The position numbers and the translations under genes are program-made. Positions 58,274-64,000 of a stretch of DNA of 64,000 nucleotides are shown here, in pieces. Position 1 is the stretch's first letter. Each line of letters begins with the position of its first letter. The stretch is from Squalus acanthias (lineage: Eukaryota), in NCBI GenBank assembly GCA_030390025.1, contig CM059432.1, positions 35,218,001 to 35,282,000 on the forward strand, given 5' to 3'. The notes under the pieces are model-generated. The model ran no database searches. It saw nothing but the letters and a program-made list of their open reading frames with translations, and was not told the DNA's origin.

Positions 58274-59110
58274 AAAAATGTGAGTTCTTCCTTTCATTCA
58301 CTTGGCTCCATATTACTCACCCAAGAAGCCCATGGAGACAGAAAACCTGGGCCATCCTGCAGTATATTGTAGGGATAAGAGAAGGCTGAAGGAGGTGAGC
58401 AGTTCTATAGTGTTGAGATTCCAGGAAACAATCAGACGGAGTAGGTGATGGTGCGATGAGTTTTGATTTCAACACAGTGAGAATGCAAGGAGGTTAAAGA
58501 ATCCATAGGATGGTGTGGGAACTGGGAACAAGAGAGGAAAGTGCAGAAATTCTGTGTTTGATAAAATAAATAAGAAAAAGGTTCAACAGAATGAGGGGGA
58601 ATGGTGTCTAGAGGTGAGAGGACACATACGGCAATGCTATGATCTTTTCTCCACTGAATGGTGCACGGAGGTAATTCATTATGACACAAAGAGAGACACT
58701 TGCACCTTAGGCGACCACAGGGCTGGAGATTCACATCAAACCCATGCCCGTGAAATTTAAATGTTGACATTGCCCTGAATATGCCCCTCACCTCAATGTC
58801 ACTTACCCACTAAAGCAGTCTACTTCCCGCATCCCACAGCTTTCCACATCCACAGACTTTCCTATAATCCTTGGATAATGGACAAAGGCTAGGGTTTTAA
58901 ACTGCTGCGGGGAATGGAGATCATAACTGCAAGTGGGTTATTTAACTTCCCCTGTGTACAGAATGAGAGGTTACACATGTAAAACTAATAAACTTTAAGG
59001 AAGACTTGAGATTGGATAGAATTCCCTCCCATCTACAATGTCGTGGAAGGGCAAATAGGGCAAATAGGTGGCCAACACAGTTCGACATAGAAACCGGTTG
59101 GGCTTTTACA

Positions 59111-60977
59111 TAGATACATACATAGATACATAGAAGATAGGAGCAGGAGTAGGCCATCCGGCCCTTCGAGCCTGCTCCGCCATTTAATGAGATCATGGCT
59201 GATCCTCCAATTCAGTATCCCGTCCCCGCCTTCTCTCCGTAACCCTTAACCCCTTTTGCCTGTAGAAATATATCTAATTCCCTCTTAAATATATTTAATG
59301 AGCTGGCGTACACTGCCCTCTGTGGCAATGAGTTCCACAGGTTCACCACCCTCTGAGTGAAGAAATTCCCCCTCATTTCTGTCCTAAATGGTTTAGCCCT
59401 TATCCTTAAATTATGTCCTCTAGTTCTGTTCTCACCCGCCAAGGGAAACATTCCTTCTGCATCTAGTCTGTCTAGACCTGTCAGAATTTTATACACTTCT
59501 ATGAGGTCCCCTCTCAATCTTCTAAACTCCAGTGTGTACATCCCTAAACTACATAGTCTCTCCTCATAGGTCAATCCCGCCATTCCTGGTATCAGCCTGG
59601 TGAATCGCCGCTGCACCCCCTCCATGGCAAGAACATCTTTCCTCAGATGAGGCGACCAAAACTGTACACAGTACTCGAGCTGTGGTCTCACCAGTGCCCT
59701 GTACAGCTGCAGCAAGGTATCCCTGTTCCTGTATTCCAACCCTTTTGCTATGAAGGCCAGCATACCGTTTGCCTTCTTGACCGCCTGTTGCACCTGCATG
59801 CTCGCCTTCAGTGACTGGTGTACAAGAACACCCAGGTCTCTCTGTACTTCCCCCTCTCCCAATTTATTGCCATTTAAATAATAATTTGCCCTCCCGTTCC
59901 TGCACCCAAGGTGGATAACTTCGCACTTGTCCACATTATAGTGCATCTGCCATTTATCCGCCCAATCACCCAGTCTGTCCAAATCGCTCTGGAGCTTCCT
60001 GGTCTCCTCCTCTGAGCCCACCCCTCCTCCTAGTTTAGTGTCGTCTGCAAATTTGGAAATGCTGCATCCGACTCCCTGATCCAGGTCATTAATGTAAATT
60101 GTGAACAGCTGGGGACCCAGGACAGATCCCTGTGGTACCCCACTTGTTACTGCCAGCCATTCAGAAAATGAGCCGTTTATTCCAACTCTCTGTTTTCTAT
60201 CTGACAGCCAGTTCTCTATCCACGTCAATACTTTCCCCTTTATCCCATGAGCTTCAATTTTCCCTGCTAATCTTTTATGTGGGACCTTATCGAAGGCCTT
60301 TTGGAAGTCCAGGTACACCACATCTACTGGCTCTCCCCCATCTATTTTACCAGTTACTCCCTCAAAAAATTCCAATAGATTAGTCAAGCACGATTTACCC
60401 TTTGTAAATCCATGTTGACTCTGTCCTATCCTGTCCCCATTTGCTAAGTGCTCCGCTATTTCATCCTTAATGATGGACTCCAGCATTTTGCCCACAACTG
60501 ATGTAAGGCTTACAGGTCTGTAATTACCTGCTTTTTCCCTACCCCCCTTTTTGAATAGTGGGGTAACGTTAGCTACCCTCCAATCCATGGGCACTGTTCC
60601 CGAGTCTAATGAATTCTGAAAAATCATACTTAGTGCATCCGCTATCTCTAGGGCCACCTCCTTCAGCACCCTAGGATGCATGTTATCAGGCCCTGGGGAT
60701 TTGTCCGCCTTCAATCCCTTTAGCTTCCTTAACACCATATCCTTAGAGATATTGACTTGCGTCAGTTCCTCCTTTGCAAATGTCCCTATTTTTCCCGATA
60801 TCCCAGGGAGGTTTTTTGTGTCTTCCTTCGTAAAGACTGACCCAAAGTATGCATTTAGTTGGTCTGCCATTTCTTTATTTCCCGTTATATATTCCCCCGT
60901 ATCTGACTGCAATGGGCCAACTTTGGTTTTCACCAGTCTTTTCCTCTTGATATACTTATAAAAGCTTTTGGAGTTAG
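59111..60977 (-). mobile_element. Young 5'-truncated CR1 LINE
   Basis: Open ORF2 fragment, 3' UTR and (TATG/TATC)n tail; 7-bp TSD TTTTACA (59104-59110, 60978-60984). Confidence 0.95.
59212..60977 (-). CDS. CR1 ORF2 reverse transcriptase, N-truncated but uninterrupted (about 588 codons)
   Basis: [42 protein letters not shown]; lacks the endonuclease domain; the ORF-track start lies in flanking DNA. Confidence 0.85.
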
Positions 60978-61181
60978 TTTTACAACAGATCAATCTGATA
61001 CCGTCAATTTATACCCCCGCCAAAGTTGAAAGTTCTGCCTTATGATTCTATATGTGAATTCACACACAATGTTGGGGAATATTTATTGCTTTTTTTCCCC
61101 AACCGTATCAATTTCAAATCGTTTTTTTATTTAGATTTCCATATTCCCTGCTCTCATTAAGGTGCTGACTCTTGTTGGGGT

Positions 61182-61219
<38 letters not shown>

Positions 61220-61409
61220 GTTCCTTGATCTTTAAAACCTATCTGAACTGAGTGTAGGTTTAAAGTCTCATCGAAAGGTCGCCACCAACAGGTCAGCACT
61301 CCCTCAGTACTGCGCTGCGAGTGTCAGCCTGCATTAAAGTGGCAGAGTGGAGCCACGACCTTTTGATCCAGAGTTGCTTTCAACTTAGGCAAACTAGCAC
61401 TTGTGTTAT

Positions 61410-63520
61410 CCATAGAGAAGATTGACGGTGGTCTGATTGAAGTGTTTAAAATATTAAAAGGATTCGACACAAATTATGAGGGGCATAGATAGGGTGGATA
61501 GAAAGGAACTTTTCCCCTTAGTAGAGGGGTCAATAACCAGGGGCATAGTTTCAAGGTAAGGGACAGGAGGTTTAGAAGGGATTTGAGGAAAAACTTTTTC
61601 ACCCAGAGGGTGGTTGGAATCTGGAACTCACTGCCTAAAAGGGTGGTAGAGGCAGGAACCCTCACAACATTCAAGAAGCATTTAGATGAGCACTTGAAAT
61701 GCCATAGCATACAAGGCTATGGACCAAGTGCTGGAAAATGGGATTAGAATAGATAGTGCTTGATGGCCGGCGCAGACACGATGGGCCGAAGGGCCTCTTT
61801 CTGTGCTGTATAACTATGACTCTATGATACATAGAAACTACACAGAATCAAGAACAAGGGGACATAATCTTAAAATTAGAGCCAGGCCATTTAGGAGAGA
61901 AATCCAGACAAAGTGTAGTGGAATTCTGGAATTCCTTCCCCCAAAAGGCTGTGGATGTTGGGTCAATTTTCAAGATTGAGATTGATAGATTTTTTTGGAT
62001 AAGGGCATCAAGGGATATGGAGCTAAAGCATGTAAATGGAGTTGAGATACAGATCAGTCATGATCTAATTGAATGGCAGAAGAGGCTTGAGGGCTGAATA
62101 GCCTACTCCTGTTCCTATTTCTGTACCCTTACCAGTGTCCCTCACTCACCCCTTATTGCAGTATTTTATACACATGAACTGATGGCTGGAGAGTGCCTGA
62201 GGGGGTGATGTGCAATTCAGCCACTAATAGTGCCTTTCACGACCTCAGCACATCCCAAGCACTTTACAGCGAATGAAATACTTTTGAAGTGAAGTCACTG
62301 TTGTAATGTAAGGAAACATGTCCCCAGCCTGCACTGAGCTAACAGATCTTAGCTGGGACAGCAATAAACACCATTAGAAATGGCATTGAACACCCCTGGG
62401 TCAGAGGAAGGGGGTAGAGGGATCTGCCAGGGTTCCCTCATCCTCGTCTCTATCCAGTCACCCCTGCTGGAAGATGCGTGCGTGTAGGCGTCAGGTGAGA
62501 ACAGAATCAGTCTTGGCTGTGGCCCACTCCCCCCAAGGTCGAATTGCCTGTCGACATCCACCGAATGGAAGTACACATGAAAAGTGGCCACTTTTGGAGG
62601 TAGCAGACAGTCGCCAAGACAACCAAAAATGAGACAGAAGTGAAACAGGAAAATTGGAGAGAATAAAAATTACGGGACAATTTAATGGATTAACGGGTGG
62701 AAGTTACTGTTTAGTAACGTTAATTGATGAAGGCTCAAGTAGATGTCAGTCTCAGGATAAGGGGTCGGCCATTTAGAACTGAGATGAGAAATATCTTCAC
62801 TCAGAGGATTGTGAATCTTTGGAATTCTCTACCCCAGAGAGCTGTGGATGCTCAGTCATTGAAAATATTCAATACTGAAATCGATAGATTTTTGAGCACT
62901 AAGGGATAAAAGGGATATGGCGGGAAAGTGGAACTAATGTAGAAGTTCAGCCATGATCTTATTGAATGGTCTATTACCCCATTTTTTTCCCAAACAGGTT
63001 AATACTTTAAATTAAAATAGCAGACAGAGGATTGTTATACAATGAGTTAAACGTTCTTCCGTATAATATCGGCAACTTTAAGCTCTACCCTTTTTTAAAA
63101 AATGTTCTCCGGGAATTTCCTGGAGGTAAAAGGGTCACCATGTCTGAGGCACAAACCCCATTTACGCACCCATCCCTGATTTCTACCAAAGTTATGGGGG
63201 CCGAACGTCCGAGGAAATTCCTGAAGGTTCCCTTCACCCCCGCCACCCATATGGAGTCTAACTTGTAAATCAAGTTACAGGTTTGCTGACATTTTCTCAC
63301 ACAAAGGGTAGTGAAAATCTGGAACTCTCCCGCAAAAGGCGGTAAATGTTGGGTCAATTGAAATTTTGAAGATTAAGATTGATAGATTTTTTGGGGGTAA
63401 GGGCATCAAGGGATATGGAGCAAAGGTGGGTAAATGGAGCTGAGGTTACAGATCAGCCATGATCTCATTGAATGGTGAAACAGACTTGAGGGGCTGAATG
63501 GCCTACTTCTGTTCCTATGA
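61410..63520 (+). mobile_element. Cluster of short CR1 3' fragments and SINE pieces
   Basis: CR1 tails at about 61410-61830, 61850-62120, 62745-62975 and 63290-63520. Confidence 0.65.
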
Positions 63521-64000
63521 TAGGCAAATTCAGCTGGTACACTTGTGATTTTTCTCAATTCATGGTCAGGTCCTTCATGGATATAAAATGTCTCACTTCT
63601 GAGGGAGCAAAAAAAGGACTTGTCACAAGTCTGGTTCCATAACAAGCATACATTTGAATAACAAAGTGATAGAGTTTGTGGAAGAGTCTGTTAAAAGAAA
63701 GCATTTATATAGCACCTTATCACATCACTCAGAAATGTCTCAAAGCACTGCACATAAAATTAATAATTTTCAAGTGTTGTTATGTAAGCAAACACAGCAG
63801 CCGTTCTGCGCAGAGGCAAGATATGACAAACAATAGTGAATGGCCAGTTAATCTGTTTTGGTTGAGAGAGAAATACTAACCAAGAAGACGACCTGCTCTT
63901 CTTCAAACAATGCCATGAGATATTGAACGCCCATCTGAGAAAGTAGCCAGGGTCGGAGTTGTCTTATCTGAAGGACCGCACTCTAGTAATACAGCTCTCT

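Overview
Eukaryotic, repeat-rich vertebrate DNA. The repeat repertoire (abundant CR1/HER1-like LINEs, Deu-domain SINEs, Penelope, a 67-bp minisatellite) points to a cartilaginous fish (shark/ray); this is an inference. Host genes: (1) two tandem + strand cytoplasmic-type actin genes about 23 kb apart, each with only one coding intron (after codon 42). The copy at 27340-30634 is intact (376 aa, N-terminus MGDDE). The copy at 4066-7610 is a pseudogene (nonsense codon, 2-codon deletion, decayed TATA box). (2) The last seven coding exons of NACAD on the - strand (56778 to 39745); its 5' part lies beyond the right edge. The rest is nested mobile DNA: a full-length two-gene PIF/Harbinger transposon (20697-26355) carrying an RTE LINE flanked by a 120-bp target duplication, several Harbinger- and Tigger-like MITEs, two solo LTRs (1678 and 603 bp, 4-bp TSDs), a Penelope end with a hammerhead ribozyme motif, a Tx1-like LINE tail inserted in the minisatellite, and a young CR1 with an open ORF of about 590 codons. 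All alignments and counts were done by eye; boundaries of old degraded repeats are approximate.
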